The translations under genes and the position numbers were made by a program. DNA of 64,000 nucleotides from Alphaproteobacteria bacterium (GTDB lineage Bacteria > Pseudomonadota > Alphaproteobacteria > RF32 > CAG-239), in contig JAFUSA010000031.1 in assembly GCA_017480745.1 (NCBI GenBank), positions 13,792 through 77,791 of the forward strand, given 5' to 3'. This document shows, in pieces, positions 39,222 to 50,586 of this stretch; the first letter of the stretch is position 1; every line of letters starts with the position of its first letter. The notes below the pieces were generated by a model, which saw nothing but the letters and a program-made list of their open reading frames with translations, had not been told where the DNA came from and did not search any database.

Positions 39222-40532
39222 ATGTTAGATTTGTTAGCAGAAAAAAAAGAATTTACCGTCAGTGAAATATCGTTTGCCATTAAACATTTGGTGGAAACGA
39301 ATTTTGCTTATGTGCGAGTTAAGGGTGAAATTTTCGGCGCTAAACGTGCCGATTCGGGGCATTGGTATTTGTCGCTCAAAGATGAAAATTCCCTTTTGGC
39401 GGCGGTATGTTGGCGTGGTGTGGCAAATTCATTGCCAATTAAAATAGAAGACGGAGTTGAAGTTATTGCCAGCGGGAAAATAACCACTTTTAACGGACGT
39501 TCGTCTTATCAATTAGTTATAGAAAAATTAGAAATTGCCGGCGAAGGAGCTCTTTTAAAACTTTTGGAAGAGCGTAAACAAAAATTTTTGGCCGAAGGAC
39601 TTTTTGCTGCCGAACATAAAAAGAAAATACCATATTTACCGCAAACAATCGGAGTTATTACCAGTCCGACCGGAGCTGTCATTCGCGATATTATTCATCG
39701 TATTCGAGACAGATTTCCCACACGTATTATCGTTTGGCCGACACCGGTGCAAGGTGAAGGCGCCGCCGAAAAAATTGCCGCAGCAATCAAAGGTTTTAAT
39801 GATTTACCCGTCGATTCTCCATATAAACCTGACGTGTTGATTGTAGCGCGAGGTGGTGGCAGTTTGGAAGATTTGTGGCCGTTTAATGAAGAAATAGTGG
39901 TGCGTGCCGTGTATAATTCGGAGATTCCGCTTATTTCCGCCGTAGGGCATGAAACAGATACCATGTTAATTGATTATGCCGCTGATTTAAGGGCTCCAAC
40001 TCCAACCGGTGCCGCCGAATTTGCCGTACCGGTAAAAACCGAATTATACAACGGTTTATTAACTACTGACTTACGCATTAAAAATGCTGTTTTTCGTTAT
40101 TTTAACGAGCTAAAACAATATATGGAAGCTTTAGGGCGAGGCATACCTTCATTAGAGCAAATAGTTTTGGAAAATCAGCAAAAAATAGATGACCGCCACG
40201 AACGCTTGCAATTAGCTTTTGCTAATTTACTTAAAGATAAAAATAATTTGATAAAATTGACGAATTTGAAACCTTTTTATATTAAAACATTGCTTGAAAC
40301 GAAAAAGGAAAACTTGCGCAACTTGGCGTTACGTTTAGAATCCGTTTCAATAGATGCAGTTCTAAAACGCGGATTCGCTTGGGTTTCAGATGGCAAATTT
40401 CAAACTTTGTATAACACCAACAGCGCCAAAAAAGCACAAAACTTGCACATTCGTTTCGCCGATGGAATTGTTAAAGCACGCGTAACGGAGAGAGATTGTG
40501 CGATTCAAGGCGATTTGTTTGATAATTGGTAG
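39222..40532 (+). CDS. xseA: Exodeoxyribonuclease VII large subunit
   Basis: SGHWYLSLKD, TSPTGAVIRD, ARGGGSLEDLWPFNEE, SAVGHETD, RAPTPT. Confidence 0.96.
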   Translation: MLDLLAEKKEFTVSEISFAIKHLVETNFAYVRVKGEIFGAKRADSGHWYLSLKDENSLLAAVCWRGVANSLPIKIEDGVEVIASGKITTFNGRSSYQLVIEKLEIAGEGALLKLLEERKQKFLAEGLFAAEHKKKIPYLPQTIGVITSPTGAVIRDIIHRIRDRFPTRIIVWPTPVQGEGAAEKIAAAIKGFNDLPVDSPYKPDVLIVARGGGSLEDLWPFNEEIVVRAVYNSEIPLISAVGHETDTMLIDYAADLRAPTPTGAAEFAVPVKTELYNGLLTTDLRIKNAVFRYFNELKQYMEALGRGIPSLEQIVLENQQKIDDRHERLQLAFANLLKDKNNLIKLTNLKPFYIKTLLETKKENLRNLALRLESVSIDAVLKRGFAWVSDGKFQTLYNTNSAKKAQNLHIRFADGIVKARVTERDCAIQGDLFDNW

Positions 40533-41403
40533 TTGGCTGACGGTGAATAACTGTTTGGCTCTCGAAATTTGCGGAGACATAAAACAAGGCGAATTACTTT
40601 TGTTAAAAAGTGCACGCAACGTTGTTTTTTACGACAATACCCAAATTGCCGATTTTGTTGCCACAGAACAAAACATTAAAAGCAAAACAGAGTGTATGGT
40701 TGCATCGGATGGCCAAGCTTTATTGGCATTACCGCGAAATGCCGCCAAAAAATCTTTAATTGCCGATTATCCCGGCACAGATTACGGAACAATTTATGAA
40801 ATAGATATCGCTCCGTCAAAATGGGATATTCAACATATTAAAGGAGTGGCACAACATAAAGTAACTCCCTATAAAAGACATGAAAAAGAAATATCTCGCG
40901 AATTAAATGATGTGCGCACAGCACTCACAAAAGAAAGCTTTGAAGAATTTTGGCGCGAAGGATTTACAATGCCGGTCAATGGACGTATCAGCGGCAACTT
41001 TGGTAACCAACGGATATATAACGGAATACCCAAAAATCCGCATAGCGGAACAGATATTGCCGCCCCCGAAGGAACACCGGTAAAAGCTTCCGGAAGCGGC
41101 AAGGTTGTTTTGAGCGGTAAAAATTATTTTTATACCGGCAACATGGTTATTATCAGCCACGGACAAAGCTTATACACTATTTATGCGCACCTTAAAGAAG
41201 CCACCGTAAAAGACGGCGATATAGTAAAAAAAGGTGACATTATCGGCTATGTAGGCAAAACCGGACGTGCAACCGGCGCACATTTACATTGGGGTGCTGT
41301 TGCCGGCGGAGTACGTTTTCGTCCGCAGTCATTATTAGATATAAACGAAAAAAAATGCCGGCATTTTGACGGTGTTTACATTGGTAGCTTAGTGGAGGAT
41401 TAA
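40498..41403 (+). CDS. M23-family metallopeptidase
   Basis: HSGTD, YAHL and TGAHLHW motifs. Confidence 0.9.
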   Translation: MRFKAICLIIGSWLTVNNCLALEICGDIKQGELLLLKSARNVVFYDNTQIADFVATEQNIKSKTECMVASDGQALLALPRNAAKKSLIADYPGTDYGTIYEIDIAPSKWDIQHIKGVAQHKVTPYKRHEKEISRELNDVRTALTKESFEEFWREGFTMPVNGRISGNFGNQRIYNGIPKNPHSGTDIAAPEGTPVKASGSGKVVLSGKNYFYTGNMVIISHGQSLYTIYAHLKEATVKDGDIVKKGDIIGYVGKTGRATGAHLHWGAVAGGVRFRPQSLLDINEKKCRHFDGVYIGSLVED

Positions 41404-42234
41404 ATGTCTGATTTACAAACCGTATTATTGGCTTTATTACAGGGAATTACCGAATTTTTGCCGGTAAGCTCGTCAGGGCATTTGATTTTATTTTCTAAAT
41501 TAGGAAATTTTCCCGATCAGGGAATTGCCATGGATGTTGCATTGCATATCGGTTCCATCATTGCGGTAATTATTTATTTTTTTCCGATTCTATGGGAAAT
41601 GTTACGCGGATTATGGAAAAGCAAGTTTTTACCGAATATGCAAATTTACGGCTCGAAGGTTTTTTATTTGCTGGTAATAGCAACCATTCCGGCTCTTGTT
41701 TGCGGAGCAATACTTAAATATTGTGGCACGGAATGGTTGCGTAGCACAAAATTAATCGGCTGGAACATTTTAATTTACGGTTTGCTTTTATGGTTTTTTG
41801 ATAGTGTATCCCTAACCGCACGCAAAATAAGAAATTTAGAAATTAAAGATGCCGTATTAATTGGCTTGGCACAGTGTTTGGCTTTACTTCCGGGAACAAG
41901 CCGCTCCGGCGTTACCATAACAATGTGCAGAATGTTAGCAATGGAACGAAGAGAAGCAGCCACTTTTTCAATGTTAATGTCCATTCCGGTAATTTTGGCG
42001 GCAGGAATTATTTCCGGTTATGAATTGTGGCAAAACGGTGATATGCAGCAAATAGCTCAGGCCTGTAACGCTATTGAATATTCGTTTGTATTTTCCATCT
42101 TAGCAATTTTTATTTTGATGCAATGGCTCAAAAAATGGAGCTTTTTTCCGTTTGTAATATATCGCGTTATGCTTGGCACAGCCTTATTGCTTGACGCTTA
42201 CGGTATTTATAATATCAAAGATTTATTTTTCTAA
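41404..42234 (+). CDS. uppP: Undecaprenyl-diphosphate phosphatase
   Basis: QGITEFLPVSSSGHL and PGTSRSGVTI motifs. Confidence 0.95.
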   Translation: MSDLQTVLLALLQGITEFLPVSSSGHLILFSKLGNFPDQGIAMDVALHIGSIIAVIIYFFPILWEMLRGLWKSKFLPNMQIYGSKVFYLLVIATIPALVCGAILKYCGTEWLRSTKLIGWNILIYGLLLWFFDSVSLTARKIRNLEIKDAVLIGLAQCLALLPGTSRSGVTITMCRMLAMERREAATFSMLMSIPVILAAGIISGYELWQNGDMQQIAQACNAIEYSFVFSILAIFILMQWLKKWSFFPFVIYRVMLGTALLLDAYGIYNIKDLFF

Positions 42235-42441
42235 TCATATAGCGTATTGCCGTGCTTGCTTAATCGGCTTACCAATACGCTATGTGAAATATTAAGTTCA
42301 ATTAATGAATTGAAAGCCTTGACTATAATAATCTATCTCAACATTAAAAAAAGCAAAAGTCAATTATCTTTTATAAAAATCTGCAAAGTTTGCAAAAAAG
42401 GCAGCCAACAGACTGCCTTTTATTCAAAAAGTAAACAATTA

Positions 42442-43608
42442 CTAAGCTGCCTTATTCATTTTGGTGGCGGCAAAAGCATTCATTTTTTCAATAATATAAC
42501 TCATTTGCTCGTCACTCAAATAAGGTGTCATCGGCAAACTGCAAACTGTTTTGGAAAGCTTTTCGCATACCGGTAAGGAGCGATTATTCCATTTAGCATA
42601 GGCAGTTTGTGTGTTAACCGGACGTGGATAATATGCACCACACGGAATACCGTTTGCCTTCAAATAGGTTATCAATTCATCTCTGTCCGGACAGTTAATA
42701 GTATAAAGAGCATAAGCCGAACGACAACCTTCCAAAATCTTTTGCTTACCAAAATAAGGACTCAACTCATTGTCGTAGCGTTTAGCAACCTGATATCTCT
42801 TTTCAAGTTCGTCTTTGAACACACTCAATTTAAGCAACAAAACGGCTCCTTGGAAAGAGTTCATACGACCGGTCATTCCCAAACGAATATTATCATAATG
42901 ATCTTCCTTGCTCATACCGTGAACACGACAAGAAATTACCATATCGTTTTCATCACTGTTATTGGTAAATACCGCTCCGCCATCGCCATAACCACCCAAC
43001 GGCTTGGTAGGATAAAACGAAGTAGCCGTCATATCAGCAATGGAACCGGCATTTTTGCCTTTATAATTTGAACCAAAACTCTGACAAGAATCGGACAATA
43101 CTTTCATTCCGTTTTCTTTGGCAATTTTCATAATTTCGTCGTAATTACATGGCGAACCGAAAATATCAACCGGAATAATTGCCTTCAAATTCAACTTACC
43201 TTCGGCTTTAACCTCGGCAATAGCACGTTTCAAATCGGCGATATCCATATTATATGTTTCCGGATCAGAATCTACAAAAATAGGAGTAGCTCCGAGCAAA
43301 ACAGGAGCCTCTGCCGAAGCAACAAATGTAAACGACGAAACAAATACCGCATCACCCGGCTTAACATCCCATGCCATTAATGCTAACGTTAAGGCATCTG
43401 TTCCCGAACCGCAAGTAGAGCAATATTTTGTGCCGGCAAACTCTGCCAACTTAGAATCCAACTCTTTGGTTTCAGGACCTTGACAATAAGCTCCATGATT
43501 CAAAATATTTTTAAACGCATCTAAAAATTTTTCCTGACCAATTACTTTTTGAGTGGTTGCACAGTCAAACAAATTAATCGGTTCAGCAGGTTTATCAGTC
43601 ATATTCAT
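42442..43608 (-). CDS. DegT/DnrJ/EryC1/StrS sugar aminotransferase
   Basis: SGTDAL, DSCQSFG, SFYPTKPLGGYGDGG. Confidence 0.93.
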   Translation of the reverse strand: MNMTDKPAEPINLFDCATTQKVIGQEKFLDAFKNILNHGAYCQGPETKELDSKLAEFAGTKYCSTCGSGTDALTLALMAWDVKPGDAVFVSSFTFVASAEAPVLLGATPIFVDSDPETYNMDIADLKRAIAEVKAEGKLNLKAIIPVDIFGSPCNYDEIMKIAKENGMKVLSDSCQSFGSNYKGKNAGSIADMTATSFYPTKPLGGYGDGGAVFTNNSDENDMVISCRVHGMSKEDHYDNIRLGMTGRMNSFQGAVLLLKLSVFKDELEKRYQVAKRYDNELSPYFGKQKILEGCRSAYALYTINCPDRDELITYLKANGIPCGAYYPRPVNTQTAYAKWNNRSLPVCEKLSKTVCSLPMTPYLSDEQMSYIIEKMNAFAATKMNKAA

Positions 43609-43749
43609 ATCCTTCTAAAAATTTCAACTGTTCGTAATCTACAATTATTTTTCCTCGCTTGCAACACACAAAAAATTACAGCTTTGTAACAATTTCCGTT
43701 TATATTGCACTCTTGTTGCCAAATATCTTGCTGATTTTACAAAAATCGT

Positions 43750-43777
43750 TTGACTTTTTAATTTTTTGTGATAGTAT
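43750..43777 (+). promoter_or_regulatory. Promoter of pilin leader A
   Basis: TTGACT (43750-43755), 16-nt spacer ending TGA, TAGTAT (43772-43777). Confidence 0.7.
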
Positions 43778-43784
43778 TCCAGAT

Positions 43785-43979
43785 AGAACTTCGGTTCGAG
43801 GGCTTTGAACAGCTCTTAGGTTTTCGGTGCTTTTGCATCGTTATAAGAATGTAATATATCTCCGATTGGGTCGGGGAGTCTCTAACGGATGTTCAGGAAC
43901 TTTGTTCTAAAGGTTAGGGGAATCACTAAAACCTATGATTGTTCAACTCTCCCGACCGCTGTTTAGTGGTCAATTTTTT
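43785..43979 (+). ncRNA. Pilin leader RNA, copy A (candidate riboswitch/attenuator)
   Basis: Homologous to 59407-59605 and 63450-63647 with compensatory changes in the helices; ends in terminator GACCGCU/AGUGGUC-AAUUUUUU. Confidence 0.85.
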
Positions 43980-44013
43980 ATTGTGTTAATACTTAATTTT
44001 AGGAGATAGAATT

Positions 44014-44640
44014 ATGAAAAACTTAAATGTAAAAAATCAAAACGGGCGCTCAATGATTGAGATGCTGGGTGTTCTTGCTATCATCGGTGTTTTATCGGTT
44101 GGCGGAATCGCGGGATACAGCAAGGCGATGATGAAATATAGAATCAATAAAACCATTGAGCAGATAACGTTAATTGCCGGTAATGTGAGAACATTTTTTG
44201 CTATGCAAAGGGATTATGAAGGACTTGATTCAAGCACAGATGATGGTAGGAAAATAATTCAAAAAGCCAAACTTGTGCCCGATGAAATGTGGAATGAAGC
44301 CGGAAACGGTTTGGTAAATGCGTTTGGAGATATGTTTTATGTAAATGCAACAGGAAAGTCGGCAGAGGATTCTTATGGTAATAGAGCGTTTCAAATTCAA
44401 CTGCATGAAATACCAGAAGAAGCCTGCATTGAGTTATTATCGCATGATTGGCAAGCCAGCGGTATGGTAGCTATATATACAGATACCAGTTCCAAAGGAG
44501 AAGTAATTGCTAAGGTTCCGCTCAGTGTTGAGGCGGCAACCAACTTCTGTGCCGATAATAGTGGCGATGATAAAGACACTCTTTTTATGTTTGATATAGA
44601 CTGGAACAGGTGGTCTGACGGACTTTACATTTATGAATAA
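44014..44640 (+). CDS. Type IV pilin-like protein (pilin 3)
   Basis: G/RSMIEMLGVLAIIGVLSVGG, KAKLVPDEM, IPEEACIELLSHDW; AGGAG SD. Confidence 0.88.
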   Translation: MKNLNVKNQNGRSMIEMLGVLAIIGVLSVGGIAGYSKAMMKYRINKTIEQITLIAGNVRTFFAMQRDYEGLDSSTDDGRKIIQKAKLVPDEMWNEAGNGLVNAFGDMFYVNATGKSAEDSYGNRAFQIQLHEIPEEACIELLSHDWQASGMVAIYTDTSSKGEVIAKVPLSVEAATNFCADNSGDDKDTLFMFDIDWNRWSDGLYIYE

Positions 44641-44700
44641 GGATATCCAAGTCTTTTATTTATGTTTGGCATTGATTTTAAGAGATCTCTATGGAAAAAT

Positions 44701-44740
44701 ACAACTTGGCAATAATATTAACAACTTGGCAATAATATTA
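44701..44740. repeat. Perfect 20-bp tandem duplication
   Basis: ACAACTTGGCAATAATATTA occurs twice in tandem; the last TTA is the ABC gene stop codon. Confidence 0.9.
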
Positions 44741-46474
44741 CTTTTCCATTTTTTGGATTTGGTAAAAGTTGTAGTAAGCGCCGCGGTGAGAAAGCAGCTC
44801 ATCGTGAGCGCCTTCTTCAACAATTTTTCCCTTATCCATAACTACCAATCTATCCATTTCTTTTAAGGTAGAAAGGCGGTGAGCAATGGCAATCACTGTT
44901 TTGCCGCGCATAAGTTTTTTGAGTGATTTTTGAATGTAGCGTTCGCTTTCGCTATCAAGCGCTGATGTTGCTTCATCTAAAATTAAAATCGGCGCATCTT
45001 TCAAAATAGCGCGAGCAATGGCAATACGTTGTCGTTCACCACCTGAAAGCATAACTCCGCGTTCACCGACTTTGCTGTTATAACCGTGCGGAAGTTCACG
45101 AATAAACTCATCGGCATACGCCATTTTAGCAGCTTTGATTACATCTGCATCGCTGGCATAAACATTGCCGTAACGAATATTTTCCATAATTGTGCGGTTA
45201 AATAAAGTTGTATCTTGCGGAATAACGGCTATTTTTGCACGCAAGCTCTCCTGACGCACTTGTTTTATGTCTTCGCCACCGACAATAATTTTGCCGCCGG
45301 TAACATCATAATAGCGCACCAAAAGTTTAATCAGAGTTGATTTGCCGCTGCCGGAATGCCCGACCAAACCAACTTTTTCGCCGGATTTTATTTTGAGATT
45401 AAATTTTTCAAACAGATTTTCCTTGTTGTTATAGTGATAAGTTATATTATTAAAATATATGGCTTTGCCACGCAAAGACATGTTGTGTGCGTTTGGTAAA
45501 TCAAGCACTTGACATGGTGAAAAAATAAGTGTCAACCCATCTTTGACTTGTCCGTAGGCTTGTGCAAATTCACCGGCAAAAAAGCCAATGTTTGTAACAT
45601 CCATGGTTAGACCGTGCATTAACGAAGTGCAAAGCACAACTGCGGTTAAATCTAAACGCCCCAAATACCAAAAATAAAAAATACATAAACAAGAAGCCAA
45701 ATAAGTCAGGCGAAAAATTAAATTGCCTTGCCAATCAAAAACAGCATCTTTTTGGCGCTCACTCTGTTCGGCACGAACTGCTCCTTTTAACACTTGATAA
45801 AAGCGGCGTTTTTCAAAAAAGTAGTTAGCAAAACTTTTAACTAAATCTGAATTAGTGATGGTATCAATAAAAACGCCATCCGTTTCTGCCGAAAAGCGCG
45901 CTCTTTTTTCTGCCCATGAACCTATTTTGCGACGTATGGCTACCATGGAAACAATAAAAATAATATTCAATAAGCCGATGATTAAACCAAGCTCCGTATC
46001 ACAGCGAAAAACCAAAAACAAAGTAACTAAAATACCGGCAACCGGACGAATCAGACCAAACACAATTTGGCCTTCAACTTCTTTAATTCCGGAAACAATG
46101 TTTTTTGTTTTTGCGGCAATTTTACCGGCCATCTCTTCATTGAAAAACACCACAGAATGATGATGCACCGCCACAAAAATATCTTTGTAAATCAAACTGC
46201 AAAAATAAGGCAAAAATTTGCCGTTAGTATAGCGCCAAATAAAGTTTACCAAACTGCCGGCAAACATAAAAAACGTTAGCATAATAACATAAAACAAGAT
46301 ATTATGCAAAATGTCATTGTTTGCCGTATATTTTGGTAATAGGCCGATTATTTGCGCCATGGCATACACCTCTCCGCGATCGGCAAGACTGCGGCAGATA
46401 AGCGCAAACAAAATAACTCCGGCCATTAATTTTGTTTTGCGTAAATATTTGAGAATAAAAGCAAAAACATTCAT
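44738..46474 (-). CDS. ABC exporter, fused permease/ATPase
   Basis: N-terminal TM domain, GHSGSGKST, LSGGERQR, LDEATSALD. Confidence 0.93.
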   Translation of the reverse strand: MNVFAFILKYLRKTKLMAGVILFALICRSLADRGEVYAMAQIIGLLPKYTANNDILHNILFYVIMLTFFMFAGSLVNFIWRYTNGKFLPYFCSLIYKDIFVAVHHHSVVFFNEEMAGKIAAKTKNIVSGIKEVEGQIVFGLIRPVAGILVTLFLVFRCDTELGLIIGLLNIIFIVSMVAIRRKIGSWAEKRARFSAETDGVFIDTITNSDLVKSFANYFFEKRRFYQVLKGAVRAEQSERQKDAVFDWQGNLIFRLTYLASCLCIFYFWYLGRLDLTAVVLCTSLMHGLTMDVTNIGFFAGEFAQAYGQVKDGLTLIFSPCQVLDLPNAHNMSLRGKAIYFNNITYHYNNKENLFEKFNLKIKSGEKVGLVGHSGSGKSTLIKLLVRYYDVTGGKIIVGGEDIKQVRQESLRAKIAVIPQDTTLFNRTIMENIRYGNVYASDADVIKAAKMAYADEFIRELPHGYNSKVGERGVMLSGGERQRIAIARAILKDAPILILDEATSALDSESERYIQKSLKKLMRGKTVIAIAHRLSTLKEMDRLVVMDKGKIVEEGAHDELLSHRGAYYNFYQIQKMEK

Positions 46475-47421
46475 TTAAATTTATCCTTGCGCCGTTTTTT
46501 AAGTAATGAAAGCTTTTCACTAACTGATCCGGTATCTCTGCCGGTTGTGGCTAAACGTTCATACATACGGCTGATTTCACGCTCTAAATAGGCAGTTTCT
46601 ATTTCTTCACGCAAAATTTGTTTATCTTCTTCTTCACCGCGATCAAGAATCATATTCATACGATTCAGGCAATCTTCAACACTTAAATTATAGTTCATTT
46701 TTTGCTTAATAAAATAAGGAAGGTCATAAACAACCTGCCGTGCATTATTACATGCTTGATTGCCGTCAGTGCAATTAACATAACGTAATTTAAGCAAACG
46801 GAATGCAATTTCCAGTTCGTTTTCATCATCAACCACAATAAAAGGAACCGGATCGGCAAACCCCTCCTTGGCAATGAATTTCAAAAATTCCAACAAGTGG
46901 TGAAAAAATCCGTTAATATTATAAATTATGAACGGTTTTTGTGGCAACATACCGTCTTGCATAGCCACACAATCGTATGCCAATTCATCCAAAGTTCCAA
47001 CACCGCCCGGAGCAAACACTACAAAATCGGCCTTTAATAACATTTGTTTGCGCTCCTCCAAAGTGCGAGCCACAACAATATCCATTTTACGTATGAGTTC
47101 ATCATCGCTGGGATATAAAGCAAAATATTTTTCCGTGGTTATTCCTTGAATAGGAGCTCCTTTTTGTTTGTGTTGTTTTTTATTCCATCCGTCAAGCACT
47201 CCTTTGGCCACCGCCCCCATGATACCACTGTTAGATAAACCGAAATCAAGCCGAAATTCCATTTTTACGATTTTTTTACCCAAGTTGTAAGCTTCTTCGG
47301 TATATTGACTATCGTTACCTGAGCGAGAACCACCGGCAACAAAAACGCGCACACCATCTTTGCGGTTTTCACGTCGAAAACTTTCTAAAACTTTTTCATC
47401 TAAAATCGGGGTATCATTCAT
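46471..47421 (-). CDS. LOG-family nucleotide phosphoribohydrolase with C-terminal extension
   Basis: GIMGAVA and PGGVGTLDEL motifs. Confidence 0.85.
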   Translation of the reverse strand: MNDTPILDEKVLESFRRENRKDGVRVFVAGGSRSGNDSQYTEEAYNLGKKIVKMEFRLDFGLSNSGIMGAVAKGVLDGWNKKQHKQKGAPIQGITTEKYFALYPSDDELIRKMDIVVARTLEERKQMLLKADFVVFAPGGVGTLDELAYDCVAMQDGMLPQKPFIIYNINGFFHHLLEFLKFIAKEGFADPVPFIVVDDENELEIAFRLLKLRYVNCTDGNQACNNARQVVYDLPYFIKQKMNYNLSVEDCLNRMNMILDRGEEEDKQILREEIETAYLEREISRMYERLATTGRDTGSVSEKLSLLKKRRKDKFK

Positions 47422-47423
47422 TT

Positions 47424-49679
<2,256 letters not shown>

Positions 49680-49687
<8 letters not shown>

Positions 49688-50465
49688 TTATTTCTCCACT
49701 ATTTATCAATTTTTTGGCAATATTTATCACATCCTCAGCGGCTTCGGAATCCGGATAGCGATTCATAAAAGGAACTTGATTGCGAATCGCGTCTCTTACA
49801 CGAGTATCAATTCGTATAACGCCCAAAAGTTCCGGTATGGACTTAATATATTGTCCGCAAGCACGGTGTAATATATTATATGTTTGTAAACCATCCTCAT
49901 AAGAGTTAGCATAGTTTACGATTATTTGCAACCGGTTATATTTATAATTTTGCACTGTTTCCTGCAAAAACTTATAAGTCGCCACAAGATTAGCCGGATC
50001 ACCGGTGCATATTAAAATTAAATCAGCATTTTGCGGTAGAAAGTGTTGAAATATTTTTTCTTCATTCGGTAAATCTATCAACACATTATCGTAACGGCTT
50101 GCCTCAATAAGCAAATCTTCACGTAAAGTCTGCAAACGTCCGACCGGAATATCTACCAAAATATTACTTCCGGAAATTCCGCAAATAACATCTAATCTTT
50201 TTTTATTAAAACTTTCGACAATTTGATTTATGGATTTTTTATCATTTATAACTTCATCAATGTTGGAATTTTGCAAAGCTAACTGAAACATTATGTTTTG
50301 TAAACCATTGTCAGCATCAAACAATAAAACTTTTTGCCGTAACATATTCAATGCTTGTGCCAGAGAAATTGCCAACCATGTTTTTCCCATACCGGTTGCA
50401 CCGGATGCAATGGCGGTAATATTATCATTTTGACTCAAAAATAAGTTCTTATTTATATTTATCAT
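49680..50465 (-). CDS. FlhG/MinD-family ATPase
   Basis: IASGATGMGKT, LLFDADNGL, IRIDTRVRDAIRNQ. Confidence 0.82.
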
Positions 50466-50525
50466 CTTGCACTTTTGATTTTTATTATGTAATATGTTAC
50501 AAAAATATTGTTGTTATGCAATCGG

Positions 50526-50541
50526 TTAAAACCTTTTTAAC
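50526..50541. promoter_or_regulatory. CtrA-type binding box
   Basis: TTAA-AACCTTT-TTAAC matches TTAA-N7-TTAAC on both strands, in a divergent promoter region. Confidence 0.5.
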
Positions 50542-50586
50542 ACAATTTATTTTATAATATTTGTATGTTTTCGGGGAAATGGCAAG

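Noticed and set aside
43713-43722. TTGTTGCCAA as an inverted terminal repeat matching the 44701 duplication
   Set aside because: Only 9 of 10 nt match, and no such pair was seen at the other pilin loci.
43785-43979. Assigning the pilin leader to a known riboswitch (c-di-GMP-I/II, yybP-ykoY, cobalamin, lysine, T-box, raiA motif)
   Set aside because: Only a short GGGGAGU resembles the yybP-ykoY 5' end. The conserved cores I recall for these classes are absent and the helix order differs. An Rfam search is still needed.
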